Origin: Actinomycetes bacterium
GTDB lineage: Bacteria; Actinomycetota; Acidimicrobiia; Acidimicrobiales; Bog-793
Length of the DNA stretch: 57,606 nt
NCBI GenBank assembly: GCA_021809805.1
Contig: JAJZKA010000003.1
Span: forward strand, 1 to 57,606
Direction of reading: 5' to 3'
Shown: piece by piece, positions 8,701-18,419 of the stretch
How the letters are laid out: every line of letters starts with the position of its first letter
Position numbering within the stretch: the first letter of the stretch is position 1
Program-made: the position numbers and the translations under genes
The notes under the pieces: generated by a model
The model's input: the letters and a program-made list of their open reading frames with translations, nothing else
Told to the model about the DNA's origin: nothing
Databases searched by the model: none

Positions 8701-9698
8701 TGCGGGCGATCGTCGTGCGCCACTTTGGCGGCCCTGAGGTCCTCGTGCTCGAAGAGGTGGACGCGCCCACGCCGGGCCCAGGCGAGCTGCTCGTCGAGCT
8801 CGCGGCCGCCGGGGTGAACTTTCGCGACCGCTATGAGTGCGAGGGACGGCCCCCCTACCGCCCGGCGTTGCCCTTCATCCCGGGCACCGAAGGCTCGGGG
8901 ACCGTCGTCGGCACCGGCGCGGGCGTCTCGGGAGTGCACGCGGGCGATGTCGTCGCCTGGACACAGGGGGCCTCGAGCTACGCGGAGTTCGTCGCGGTGC
9001 GCGCCGAGCAGGCCGTCGCGGTGCCCGAGGCACTCGAACCCGAAGTGGCCGCGGCGGTGATCTTGCAGGGACTGACCGCCCACTACCTCATCGAGGACAC
9101 CTACCCGGTGAGGCCTGGCGACGTGGTGGTGGTGCACGCCGCCGCCGGCGGCGTCGGCCTGCTCCTCACCCAGCTCGCCGCGAAGCGCGGGGCCAAGGTG
9201 GTCGCCACCACCTCGAGCGCGGACAAGGCCGCCCTCGCGCGCGATGCCGGCGCCGCTGTGACGTGTGGTTACGACGGCTTCGTCGCGGCGGCCCGGGACC
9301 TGAGCGGCGGGCGCGGCGCAAGCGTCGTCTACGACGGCGTCGGAAGGGCGACCTTCGACGCCAGCCGGCGGGCGCTCGCGCCCCGGGGCGTGCTCGTCCT
9401 GTACGGCGCCTCGAGTGGTGCCGTTGCACCGATCGACCCGATCGAGCTGATGACCGGCGGCTCGCTGTTTCTCACCCGGCCGACGCTCGCGCATTATGTC
9501 GAGACGCGCGCCGAGCTCGAGCGGCGAGCCGCCGCCATCTTCACCGCGGTGCTCGACGGCGCCCTATCGGTGCGCATCGGTGCCCGCTATCTCTTGTCGG
9601 AGGCGGGGCGCGCCCACGAAGCGCTCGCCAGCCGGGCAACGACGGGCAAGCTCATCCTCGTGCCTCGCCGGGCGGGCCATGCGGCCTCGAGCGGCTAG
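8697..9698 (+). CDS. qor: NADPH:quinone oxidoreductase (zeta-crystallin / MDR family)
   Basis: MRAIVVRHFGGPEVLVLEEVDAPTPGPGELLVELAAAGVNFRD and the HAAAGGVG nucleotide motif. The GTGATG start overlaps the peptidase stop (TGA 8698-8700). Confidence 0.9.
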   Translation: MMRAIVVRHFGGPEVLVLEEVDAPTPGPGELLVELAAAGVNFRDRYECEGRPPYRPALPFIPGTEGSGTVVGTGAGVSGVHAGDVVAWTQGASSYAEFVAVRAEQAVAVPEALEPEVAAAVILQGLTAHYLIEDTYPVRPGDVVVVHAAAGGVGLLLTQLAAKRGAKVVATTSSADKAALARDAGAAVTCGYDGFVAAARDLSGGRGASVVYDGVGRATFDASRRALAPRGVLVLYGASSGAVAPIDPIELMTGGSLFLTRPTLAHYVETRAELERRAAAIFTAVLDGALSVRIGARYLLSEAGRAHEALASRATTGKLILVPRRAGHAASSG

Positions 9699-9700
9699 GG

Positions 9701-10567
9701 TCAGCCGCCTGCTGCGCTCAGGACCTTGCTCGTGAAGTTCTGGACCTCGCTCGCTGGAGGCGCGCCGACCGACACGGGAACGCCGAAGTCATACAGGTCG
9801 ATCGTCGAATCGAGGTGGACGGCCGGAGACTGCTTGTGGGGGTGCACCGTCGCCGCGTAGGTGACCTGGCGGACGAGGTCGTTGTGGTCAATCCAGACCT
9901 CAATCGGCAGGCTGGACTGCCCGATCGCCGACTCAAGCCGGGTGACCTGAGTCGTCGTCAGTTTTGATCCCGCTGCTGCCTTGGCGAGATTGACCGTCGC
10001 CCGATAGGCCGTCGTCGGGACCCCCCGGACGGGCGCAGTGCCGACCACGGTGACCTTGCTCGAGACCGCCTTCAGCGCCGCAAGCGCTACCGCCCAGGTG
10101 CTGGAGGCGCTCATCAGCTGGCTGAAGCTCCCGCCGAGCTTTGCCTTGGCAAGGGTGTCGACGTTGACCGAGATCCACGGCTTGGTGATCCCGAGCAGAT
10201 TGGCCGCCGCGGCGGGGAGGTGCGCGTAGAGGTCGGGTGGCACCATTCGCAACTCGATCGACCCGGTGCCCGGGAGGATCATCGACAGCTCTGCCACGGC
10301 CGAGGCACCGGATCCGGCGATCTCGCCGGTCGCCTTGACCGTGCCCGATGTCTGGGTGCCACCGGGCATCGAGACCGCCTCGGTCAGGCTGAAATGCTCG
10401 GACTTCACCGCGGCGCTGTGCGCCACCGCAGCGAGCAAGCGCTGATACGCGGGAGCTGGGCGGGGGTGCAGCTGTGGGAGCTGCACGGCCACCCCGGCGG
10501 CAACCACCGGCGCCCCGAGGATCACGGCACTGGCGCGGGAGAACTTCCTACGGACTGCACAGGACAT
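9701..10567 (-). CDS. Hypothetical secreted protein (possible LolA/LppX-like lipid-binding fold)
   Basis: 288-aa ORF with an N-terminal hydrophobic signal-like segment (SAVILGAPVVAAGVAV). The composition is coherent and not Arg-rich. I recognise no motif. Confidence 0.55.
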   Translation of the reverse strand: MSCAVRRKFSRASAVILGAPVVAAGVAVQLPQLHPRPAPAYQRLLAAVAHSAAVKSEHFSLTEAVSMPGGTQTSGTVKATGEIAGSGASAVAELSMILPGTGSIELRMVPPDLYAHLPAAAANLLGITKPWISVNVDTLAKAKLGGSFSQLMSASSTWAVALAALKAVSSKVTVVGTAPVRGVPTTAYRATVNLAKAAAGSKLTTTQVTRLESAIGQSSLPIEVWIDHNDLVRQVTYAATVHPHKQSPAVHLDSTIDLYDFGVPVSVGAPPASEVQNFTSKVLSAAGG

Positions 10568-10777
10568 GCTCGCTCCTTCTCATCGCTTTGCGGCTCGTCT
10601 CACGTGGTGCTGCTCGCTTCGCGTCGGTCACCTCGACCGCTTCGGTGACAAGAGGCGGCCGCAAGCCGCACGGCGACGCGGGGAAGACGGGTCGCGCTCG
10701 CGCTCTTCCCGCCAGTATCGCTCCGCATGTCCGAATGAACCGGTCGCGCCCGAATAGGAACGCGCTGCGCCATTGTT

Positions 10778-11737
10778 TCAGCTCGCTGACGGCTCCCCGG
10801 CGCGGGCTGCCTCGCGCTCCCGCCCGGTGCCGGCGGGCTTCCCGCCCGCCGCGGCGAGCAGCGCCCGCGCGGCGGGGCTCAGGCGGCGATCGGACCGCCA
10901 GATCGCCCGCATGGCCCGGGTCAGGTCCAGCCCGCTCACCCCAACCGCGACGAGGCGCCCGCTGCGCAGATCGTCGGCAACCGTGAGCGCGCTGAGTGCC
11001 GCGGGGCCGACCCCCGCCTCGACCGCGCCCTTGATCGCCGTCGTCGAGCCGAGCTCGACGAGCGGGACGGGCTCGAGCCCGAAGCTCGCAAGGGCGCGGG
11101 CAAGCACCTCGCGGGTGCCCGAGCCGGGCTCCCGCAGCACGAGGGGGGTGGCGGCCAGGGTCGCCGCATCGAGTGGCCGGCGCCGTTTCGCCCAGGGATG
11201 GGTCCCCGCGACGACGATGACGAGCTCGTCGCGCCCGACGACCGCTTCGGCGAGGCCGCCGGCTGCCGTTGATCCCTCGGTGAAACCGAGCTCGACCTCG
11301 CGTCGGCGCACCATCTCGGCAACCTGCTCGGAGTTCCCCATGCGCAGTGACACCGCAAAGCCGGGGCGCTCGGCGCGGACGCGCTGCAACCAGCGCGGCA
11401 CGAGGTACTCGGCGACCGTGAGGCTCGCTGCCAGGGCGAGCGGCGGTCGGCCGGTCCCGCGCAGGGCACCGACGCCGGCGAGCAGTGCTTCCATGGACTC
11501 AAGCACTGGCTCGACCCACTGGGAGACCGCGACGCCCGCGTCGGTGAGGCGGGCACCACTCGAGGAGCGCTCGAGCAGATCGATGCCAAAGGTGCGCTCG
11601 AGCGCCCGCAGGCGCATGCTCGCTGCCGGCTGACTGATCAAATGGCGCGCCGCGGCCTGACGGATCGACCCGAGGTCGGCGACGCTGCGCAACAAGTCGA
11701 GCGAGATGAGGTCGGGGACCGGCTGCGGAAGAGGCAT
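10778..11737 (-). CDS. LysR family transcriptional regulator
   Basis: N-terminal HTH LLRSVADLGSIRQAAARHLISQPAASMRLRALERTFGIDLLER plus a LysR substrate-binding domain. It is divergent from a YeiH-like gene, the classic YeiE/YeiH arrangement. Confidence 0.9.
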   Translation of the reverse strand: MPLPQPVPDLISLDLLRSVADLGSIRQAAARHLISQPAASMRLRALERTFGIDLLERSSSGARLTDAGVAVSQWVEPVLESMEALLAGVGALRGTGRPPLALAASLTVAEYLVPRWLQRVRAERPGFAVSLRMGNSEQVAEMVRRREVELGFTEGSTAAGGLAEAVVGRDELVIVVAGTHPWAKRRRPLDAATLAATPLVLREPGSGTREVLARALASFGLEPVPLVELGSTTAIKGAVEAGVGPAALSALTVADDLRSGRLVAVGVSGLDLTRAMRAIWRSDRRLSPAARALLAAAGGKPAGTGREREAARAGEPSAS

Positions 11738-11760
11738 AAGACAACCTTATAACCCGATCG

Positions 11761-11779
11761 TCAGGATGCGGCTTCCTGA
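11761..11779. promoter_or_regulatory. Inverted repeat TCAGGA-N7-TCCTGA in the LysR/YeiH divergent intergenic region (candidate LysR box)
   Basis: Read directly. The 6-bp arms are perfect. It sits between the lysR ATG (11737) and the yeiH ATG (11808). Confidence 0.3.
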
Positions 11780-11807
11780 TAGCGCCGACGCCCTGCAGCA
11801 TTGGGCC

Positions 11808-12887
11808 ATGACCTCGCCCGAAGTAGTCGCGACCCGCCCCGGCACGACCGAGAGCGCGCCGGTCCGCTCCCAGCGGCGCCCCCGCGTCACCGAGATCCTG
11901 CCGGGGCTCGCCACTGCGGCGGCGCTGGCACTCGTCGCCACCGAGCTCGGCCACCTCGCCCCAATCGTTGGCGCCCCGGTCTGCGCGATCGTCGGCGGGA
12001 TGCTGCTCTCGGGCCGGGCACGACGGCGCCCCAGCTTGCGAACCGGCATCACCTTCTCCTCGCGTACCGTGCTGCAGGCCTCGATCGTGATCCTGGGCAC
12101 GGGCCTCTCGCTGCGCCAGGCGACGACCACGGGGTGGTCGTCGCTGCCGGTACTGCTCGGCACGCTCGCCGTGGCACTCGGCGGTGCCGCGTTGCTCGGC
12201 CGCCTCCTCGGCATCGGACGCGACCTCCGCACACTCATCGGGGTGGGCACCGGTATCTGCGGTGCGTCGGCGATCGCCGCGACCGACGCGGTCATCGACG
12301 CTTCGGAAGGTGACGTCTCCTACGCCATTGCCACGATCTTTACCTTCAACGTCGCCGCCGTCTTGACCTTCCCTTCGCTCGGCCATCTGCTCGGCATGAC
12401 CTCGGGGTCCTTTGGCATGTGGGCCGGCACGGCGGTCAACGACATGTCCTCGGTGGTCGCCGCGGCCTCGATCTTCGGCCATGGTGCCACCGCCACGGCG
12501 GTCGTGGTGAAGCTCACGAGGACTTTGATGATCATCCCCATCTCGCTTGTCCTCGCCTTCGCCCGCCAGCGCCGAGCAGAGGCCGGTACGGGACAGCGCA
12601 CGTCGCTGCTCGCGCATGCCCGGCGCAGCTTCCCGCGCTTTGTGGCGTGGTTCGTGCTCGCTGTCGCCATCAACAGCATCGGCCTCGTCCCAGCAGGGGC
12701 GCATCGGATCCTTGGCGATGCCGCCACGTTCATGATCACAATCGCCCTCGGGGCCATCGGCCTGTCGACCCGCCCCGATGCCATCCGTCGGGCCGGTCTG
12801 CGCCCCATCATGCTCGGTGCCCTGCTCTGGGTCGCCGTCGCCTCGACGAGCCTCGGCCTCCAGCACCTCACCAGCACCACCCACTGA
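11808..12887 (+). CDS. YeiH/UPF0324 family membrane protein (putative sulfate exporter family)
   Basis: Polytopic membrane protein with GTGICGASAIAA and GMWAGTAVNDMSSVVAA motifs typical of YeiH. I chose the internal ATG at 11808. The 5' extension of the ORF overlaps the lysR start. Confidence 0.85.
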   Translation: MTSPEVVATRPGTTESAPVRSQRRPRVTEILPGLATAAALALVATELGHLAPIVGAPVCAIVGGMLLSGRARRRPSLRTGITFSSRTVLQASIVILGTGLSLRQATTTGWSSLPVLLGTLAVALGGAALLGRLLGIGRDLRTLIGVGTGICGASAIAATDAVIDASEGDVSYAIATIFTFNVAAVLTFPSLGHLLGMTSGSFGMWAGTAVNDMSSVVAAASIFGHGATATAVVVKLTRTLMIIPISLVLAFARQRRAEAGTGQRTSLLAHARRSFPRFVAWFVLAVAINSIGLVPAGAHRILGDAATFMITIALGAIGLSTRPDAIRRAGLRPIMLGALLWVAVASTSLGLQHLTSTTH

Positions 12888-13011
12888 CACCGCCTGGTTG
12901 CGACCCGGTCGCACCGGATTGCAACCAGGCGAGCAGCGGCGGTCGCGGCGTTCTCGACAACCGCTCTCGCGATGGCAACCAAGTGGGCGCCGAATCGGCA
13001 ATGCTGGTGCC

Positions 13012-13866
13012 ATGAGAGAAGGCCGTGTGCTGGTGACGGGCGCCGCGGGAAGGCTCGGCAGCGCCGTGCTCGCCGAGGCCGCCCGGCGCGGTCGGGCAAC
13101 GAACGCGCTCGACCGACGTGCCCCCGACGAGCCCGCAGGTGCCCGCGTCGTCATCGGCGAGGCGGCCGATGTCGAGGCCGTGCGCGAGGCGCTCGACGGA
13201 GTCGAGGGGGTGATCCACCTCGCCGCCATCCCCTCACCGCTGCTGGCGAGCGCCGAGGAGGTCTTCTGCAACAACAGCGCGGCCACCTTCACCGTCTTAG
13301 AGCAGGCCGCCGCGGCGGGGGTGCGGCGCTGCGTGCTGGCGAGCAGCTACTCGGCGACGGGCCTGCCGTACTCGCCGCGGCGACTGCATCCTGCCTACGT
13401 GCCGATCGACGAGGAGCTGCCGCTCCAGGTGGAGGATCCCTACGCCCTTTCCAAGCAGGTGGACGAGCTGACCGCAGCGATGATGTGGTACCGCCACGGC
13501 CTGTCGAGCGTGGCGCTCCGCCTGCCCTTCCTCGGCCGCCTGGAGGACGAGATCCCCCGGCGCGCCGAGCAAGTGCGGGCCGACCCCGGCCCGCTCAGCA
13601 CCGAGCTGTGGATGTACCTCGACGTCCAAGATGCCGCTCGGGCATGCCTCGACGCGCTGCAGCACGCTCCCGAAGGCGCCCACGTCGTCGGACTCGCTGC
13701 GCCCGAGACCCTCGCCAGCGAGGCGACGCTTGAGCTGCTCGAGCGTTACCACCCCGGTGTGCGCGTGCGCGCTCCGCTGCCCGGCCGGAGCGCCCCGATC
13801 AATTTGTGGCGGGCGCGAGCCTGGTTCGGTTTCCATGCCGAGCGCATCTGGCGGCCGGTCGCATGA
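13012..13866 (+). CDS. NAD-dependent epimerase/dehydratase (extended SDR)
   Basis: MREGRVLVTGAAGRLGSAV Rossmann motif (ATG 13012) and a YALSK catalytic motif. The upstream part of ORF 12778 is Arg/Ser-rich junk. Confidence 0.85.
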   Translation: MREGRVLVTGAAGRLGSAVLAEAARRGRATNALDRRAPDEPAGARVVIGEAADVEAVREALDGVEGVIHLAAIPSPLLASAEEVFCNNSAATFTVLEQAAAAGVRRCVLASSYSATGLPYSPRRLHPAYVPIDEELPLQVEDPYALSKQVDELTAAMMWYRHGLSSVALRLPFLGRLEDEIPRRAEQVRADPGPLSTELWMYLDVQDAARACLDALQHAPEGAHVVGLAAPETLASEATLELLERYHPGVRVRAPLPGRSAPINLWRARAWFGFHAERIWRPVA

Positions 13867-15083
13867 ATGGGGATGCTGGCGAGGTGCGAATCGAGCGGAT
13901 CCGCGCCGTTCGCACGGCCCCGGAGGGCATCCGACTCGTCATCGTCAAGGTGGAGACCTCCACGCCCGGCTTGTACGGCCTTGGGTGCGCCACCTTCACC
14001 CAGCGGCCGCTCGCGGTGTGCAGCGCCATCGAGGACTACCTCGACCCGCTGCTGCGCGGCGCCGACGCGCAGCAGATCGAAGACTGCTGGCACGTCGCCC
14101 GCCTGAGCTCGTACTGGCGCGACGGCCCGGTGCTCAACAACGCGCTCGGCGGGGTCGACATGGCGCTGTGGGACCTCAAAGGCAAGATCGCGGGACTCCC
14201 CCTCTACCAGTTGCTCGGCGGCAAGCTGCGAGCGAGCGCCCGCGTCTATGTGCACGCGCACGGACGGGACGCCAGTGAGGTGACCGACAGCGCGCGGGCC
14301 TTGCTCGAGGCGGGGTTCAGCGCGATCCGCTGCCAGGTGGGGGTCGCCGGCGCAGGGACCTACGGGGTGGGCGCCGCCGGCACCGCCACCCAGCAGGTGG
14401 CCTTCGACCCCGATCGCTACGCGCGGGTGGTGCCGGCGCTGTTCGCCCACCTGCGCGATGAGCTCGGCTGGGACGTGGATCTGCTCCATGACACCCACGA
14501 GCGCCTCGCACCCCCCGCGGCGGTCCGCTTGGCCAGAGAGCTCGAACCCTTCGGTCTGTACTTCCTCGAGGACGTCGTCGCGCCAGAGGACCACGGTTGG
14601 CTCGAGCACCTGCGTCGTCATGCCGCGGTGCCGCTCGCGATCGGTGAGCTCGCCACGCGGGGCGAAGACCTCGCGGCACTCGCAGTGGGCCGGCTCGTCG
14701 ACTATCTCCGCCCGCACCTCTCCGACCTCGGCGGCATCACCCCGGCGCGCAAACTCGCGGCGCTCGCTGAGGCCTTCGGGGTACGCATGGCCTGGCACGG
14801 CCCCGGTGACGCCTCGCCGGTCGCGCACGCCGCCAACCTGCATTTAGACCTCGCGCTGTCCAACTTCGGCATCCAGGAGTGGACCCCGCTCACCGACGCC
14901 AGCCGCGAGGTCTTCCCTGGCGCGCCGACGATCGACGCGGGTGCGCTCGTCGCCAACGAGCAGCCCGGGCTCGGCATCGACCTCGACGAGCGCGCGGCGG
15001 CTCGTCACCCGTACCCCGAGGACAACCTGAACGGATCGTGGCGGCCGGTCCGCCTCGCCGACGGCTCGGTGATCCGCCCCTGA
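13863..15083 (+). CDS. Enolase-superfamily dehydratase, D-mannonate dehydratase (ManD)-like subgroup
   Basis: GLYGLGCATFTQRPLAV, SYWRDGPVLNNALGGVDMALWDLKGKIAGLPLYQLLGG. ATGA start/stop overlap with the epimerase (13863-13866). Confidence 0.85.
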   Translation: MNGDAGEVRIERIRAVRTAPEGIRLVIVKVETSTPGLYGLGCATFTQRPLAVCSAIEDYLDPLLRGADAQQIEDCWHVARLSSYWRDGPVLNNALGGVDMALWDLKGKIAGLPLYQLLGGKLRASARVYVHAHGRDASEVTDSARALLEAGFSAIRCQVGVAGAGTYGVGAAGTATQQVAFDPDRYARVVPALFAHLRDELGWDVDLLHDTHERLAPPAAVRLARELEPFGLYFLEDVVAPEDHGWLEHLRRHAAVPLAIGELATRGEDLAALAVGRLVDYLRPHLSDLGGITPARKLAALAEAFGVRMAWHGPGDASPVAHAANLHLDLALSNFGIQEWTPLTDASREVFPGAPTIDAGALVANEQPGLGIDLDERAAARHPYPEDNLNGSWRPVRLADGSVIRP

Positions 15084-15220
15084 TCGGCCCTGCGAAATGT
15101 GGCGTTCGGCGACCCACGAGCGGCGAGGTCGCTCAGCGGGACGGGTGTTAGCCTCGGCCGTCATGATCCCGTTCGCGTCCCGGAAAGGACCTGCCGGGAC
15201 GAACGCATCGAACCGCAGCG

Positions 15221-16420
15221 GTGCTCGTGATGCAGCGACGACCACCCTTTGCCGCGGTGTCGCTCGCCACTGAGGTGGTCACGCGGGTCCTGCTCGTCGA
15301 GGACGACCCCGGCGATGCCCTGTTGACGACCGAGTTGTTGGGCAAATCGGTGCACCCCTTTTCGGTCTGCGCGGCGAACAAGATGAGCGAGGCGATCGAG
15401 CACCTCGGCGCCGGGGTGGAGTGCGTGCTGCTCGACCTCGGCCTGCCCGACGCCACGGGCCTCGAGGCGCTTGACCAAATCCTTTCGGCCGCGCCCGGGG
15501 TGGCGGTCATCGTCCTTACCGGACGCGCGGACCGCGACCTCGCGCTCGCCGCCGTGGCGCGCGGTGCTCAGGACTACCTCCAAAAGGGGGAGCTCGACAC
15601 CGAGCTGCTCAGCAGGTCGGTCCGCTACGCGGTGGAGCGCAAGCGATCCGAGGATGCGGCGCGGCGCCTGTTGGCGAACGAGCTGCTCGCCGCCGAGAGC
15701 GCCAGGCTCGAGCGCGGCCTGCTCGCGCGACCGATGCTGGCAACCTCGGGCCTCGCCGCCGCTACGCGCTATCGCTCCGGCGGCGGCTCGCTCTTGCTCG
15801 GCGGGGACTTCTACGACGCCATCGAGCTCGCCGACGGCTCGGTCCGGATCGTCATCGGCGACGTCGCCGGCCACGGTCCTGATGAGGCAGCAATCGGGGT
15901 CGCACTGCGCATCGCGTGGCGCGGCCTCGTGCTCGCGGGGCTACCCGCTGTTGGGATCCTTGCGAGCTTGCAGGCGGTCCTTGACGCCGAACGGCCGCAT
16001 GAGGCGATGTTCGCCACCGCCTGCGACGCAACGATCGCACCGGATCGCCGCTCCGTCGCCCTGCGCATTGCCGGGCACCCGCCGCCGCTTTTGATCGCGG
16101 ACGACGTGCGCGTCCTTTCCGCGGGCCAGCCCGGCCCGCCGCTCGGGGTCGGCGCCGACGGCAGCTGGGCGGCGCGCTCGCTCCCACTTCCGCCGCGATG
16201 GACCCTGCTCTTTTACACCGACGGCATCATCGAGGGCCGCTCCCTGGGCGGGGCGAACGGACGCCTCGGCGTCCCCGGCTTGGTGCGCGCCGTGCCCGCC
16301 CTCGCTGCGAGCGCCCGGGACCTCGGCGAGCTCGCCGACGGGCTGCTCGCGCTCGCCGAGGAGCGCAACGGCGGCCCCGTCGCCGACGACATCGCGCTCT
16401 TGTTGATCTCGGCCAGGTGA
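15221..16420 (+). CDS. Response-regulator receiver fused to a PP2C/SpoIIE-type phosphatase
   Basis: REC domain (VLLVEDDPGDALL ... LLDLGLPDATG), then PP2C (GGDFYDAIELADGSVRIVIGDVAGHG ... TDGIIE). The start is one of GTG 15221 / GTG 15227 / ATG 15230. Confidence 0.85.
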   Translation: MLVMQRRPPFAAVSLATEVVTRVLLVEDDPGDALLTTELLGKSVHPFSVCAANKMSEAIEHLGAGVECVLLDLGLPDATGLEALDQILSAAPGVAVIVLTGRADRDLALAAVARGAQDYLQKGELDTELLSRSVRYAVERKRSEDAARRLLANELLAAESARLERGLLARPMLATSGLAAATRYRSGGGSLLLGGDFYDAIELADGSVRIVIGDVAGHGPDEAAIGVALRIAWRGLVLAGLPAVGILASLQAVLDAERPHEAMFATACDATIAPDRRSVALRIAGHPPPLLIADDVRVLSAGQPGPPLGVGADGSWAARSLPLPPRWTLLFYTDGIIEGRSLGGANGRLGVPGLVRAVPALAASARDLGELADGLLALAEERNGGPVADDIALLLISAR

Positions 16421-17964
16421 GCACGTCTGATCGGCCCGCACGTCAGGAGCGGCTTGCCAGCTTGGTGCTCGCCAAGCGCCTCGTGCTTGGCCTGGCCGCC
16501 CTCGCCACGATCGCCCTCGCCGCGATTGGCGTCGGTGTATGGGCGTACCAGCGCCAGCTGTCGTCCAGCCATCACATCATCGACGTCGTCGACAAGGCGC
16601 GCCTTGAAGCGAATTCCTTGCTGGCTGACTACGTCGATGAGGAGACCGGCGTGCGCGGCTACATCTTGGCCCGCAAGCCCGCCTTCCTCCAGCCCTACCG
16701 CAATGGCGCGGCGCGCGCGGCGCCGGACCGCCGCGAGCTCGGGGCGCTCGTCGCGCTCGATCCGAAGAGCCGGGGCCTGCTCGCCCAGGTCGACGCCACC
16801 ACCGCGCGATGGCGACAGGACTTCGCGCTGCCAGCGATCGCGGCCGTGCGCTCTCGGGATCGCAGCTTTGCCACGCAAGTGACCCTCGTTCGGGGCAATG
16901 TCGAGTTCGGGGCGATTCGACAGGCCTTCGCGCGCCTTTCGACGGGCCTCGCCGCGAGTGCAGCGGCGAGCGCCGCCACGCTGTCGGGGGCCGAGACCAC
17001 CTTCATCGTTCTCGCCATCGTCCTTCTCGTCCTGCTGGTCGGCGCTGGCGTCACCGCGGGGCTCGCGCTGCGTGCCTGGGTAACCGCACCGATTCGCTTG
17101 CTGCGCGCCGGGGTCGGCGAGGTGGCCGCTGGACACCTCGATTACGTCGTGCAGGTCGACGACCCGCCGGATCTCGCCGCGCTGGCCCGCGACGTCGACG
17201 CGATGCGCGTCCGCATTGTCGAGGAGCTGCGCGCCCTCAACGAGGCCTCCGCCGCACTCAGCGACGCCAATGAGGAGCTCCGCCGCTCGAACCTCGAGCT
17301 CGAGCAGTTCGCGTACGTCGCCTCGCACGATCTCCAAGAGCCGCTCCGCAAGGTCGTGAGCTTCTGCGAGCTCTTGGCGCGCCGTTATGGCGACGCGCTC
17401 GATGACCGGGCGCGGGAATACCTCGCGTACGCCGTTGACGGTGCGACGCGCATGCAGGTGCTCATCAACGACCTGCTCGCGCTCTCCCGCGTGGGCCGCC
17501 AGACGGGCGAGTTCCGCGAGGTGCCCCTCGCCGAAGCCTGTCATGCGGCACTCAGCAATCTGCAGCACGCGATCGACGAGCGGGCAGCCGAGATCACCGT
17601 CGGGCCCCTCCCGGTCGTGATGGGCGACGTCGCGCTGCTCACCGCCCTCTTCCAGAACCTGATCGGCAATGCGATCAAGTTCAACGAGGCGGTGCCCGCC
17701 GTGACCGTGAGCGCGAGGCGCGACGGCGATCACTGGCACTGCTCGGTGAGCGACAACGGCATTGGCATCGACGCCCGCTTCGCCGAGCGGGTCTTCGTGA
17801 TCTTCCAGCGCCTGCACGGTCGCGACGCATACGGCGGGACGGGAATCGGGCTCGCGCTCTGCAAAAAGATCGTTGAGTTCCACGGTGGACACATGTGGCT
17901 CGATACCGAATACGCTTCGGGCACCCGGATCTGCTGGACGCTTCCGGCGATTGGAGCAACATGA
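16417..17964 (+). CDS. Sensor histidine kinase (TM - CHASE3-like - TM - HAMP - HisKA - HATPase_c)
   Basis: CHASE3-like EETGVRGYILARKPAFLQPY. H-box FAYVASHDLQEPLRKV. N/G boxes NLIGNAIKF and GTGIGLALCKKIVEFHGG. The GTG at 16417 overlaps the upstream TGA (GTGA). Confidence 0.85.
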   Translation: MSTSDRPARQERLASLVLAKRLVLGLAALATIALAAIGVGVWAYQRQLSSSHHIIDVVDKARLEANSLLADYVDEETGVRGYILARKPAFLQPYRNGAARAAPDRRELGALVALDPKSRGLLAQVDATTARWRQDFALPAIAAVRSRDRSFATQVTLVRGNVEFGAIRQAFARLSTGLAASAAASAATLSGAETTFIVLAIVLLVLLVGAGVTAGLALRAWVTAPIRLLRAGVGEVAAGHLDYVVQVDDPPDLAALARDVDAMRVRIVEELRALNEASAALSDANEELRRSNLELEQFAYVASHDLQEPLRKVVSFCELLARRYGDALDDRAREYLAYAVDGATRMQVLINDLLALSRVGRQTGEFREVPLAEACHAALSNLQHAIDERAAEITVGPLPVVMGDVALLTALFQNLIGNAIKFNEAVPAVTVSARRDGDHWHCSVSDNGIGIDARFAERVFVIFQRLHGRDAYGGTGIGLALCKKIVEFHGGHMWLDTEYASGTRICWTLPAIGAT

Positions 17965-18419
17965 AGGCGATCGACGTCCGCACCCCGATGGAGCTGCTGC
18001 TCGTCGAGGACGATCCCGGCGACGTGGTCATGACGCGCGAGGCGCTCGAGGACTCCAAGCTCCTGATCGAGCTTCACGTCGTGAGCAACGGCGAGGAGGC
18101 GGTCGCCTACCTGCGTAACGAGGCGCCCTTTGGCGACGCGGCGCGTCCCGACCTTGTCTTGTTGGACCTCAACCTGCCGCGTCTCAGCGGGCGCGAAGTG
18201 CTTGAGATCGTCAAGGCCGATCCCGGCCTCTTGCGCATCCCGATCGTCATCCTCACGACCTCTGAGTCCGAAGAGGATGTGCTGCGCAGCTACGAGCTCC
18301 ACGCCAACGCCTATGTCACCAAACCGGTCGGCTTCGAGTCCTTTGTCTCGGTGGTCAAGCAGATCGATGACTTCTTTCTCTCGATCGTCCGCCTTCCCGG
18401 GCGCCAGAGGGCCGGGTGA
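17961..18419 (+). CDS. Single-domain response regulator (receiver only)
   Basis: LLLVEDDPGDVVMTREAL ... DLVLLDLNLPRLSGREVL ... ANAYVTKP. ATGA overlap with the kinase stop. Confidence 0.9.
   Translation: MKAIDVRTPMELLLVEDDPGDVVMTREALEDSKLLIELHVVSNGEEAVAYLRNEAPFGDAARPDLVLLDLNLPRLSGREVLEIVKADPGLLRIPIVILTTSESEEDVLRSYELHANAYVTKPVGFESFVSVVKQIDDFFLSIVRLPGRQRAG

Noticed and set aside
11499-13292. 597-aa minus-strand ORF
   Set aside because: It is antisense to the YeiH-like membrane protein and the epimerase start. The sequence is Arg/Gly/Asp-rich low complexity.
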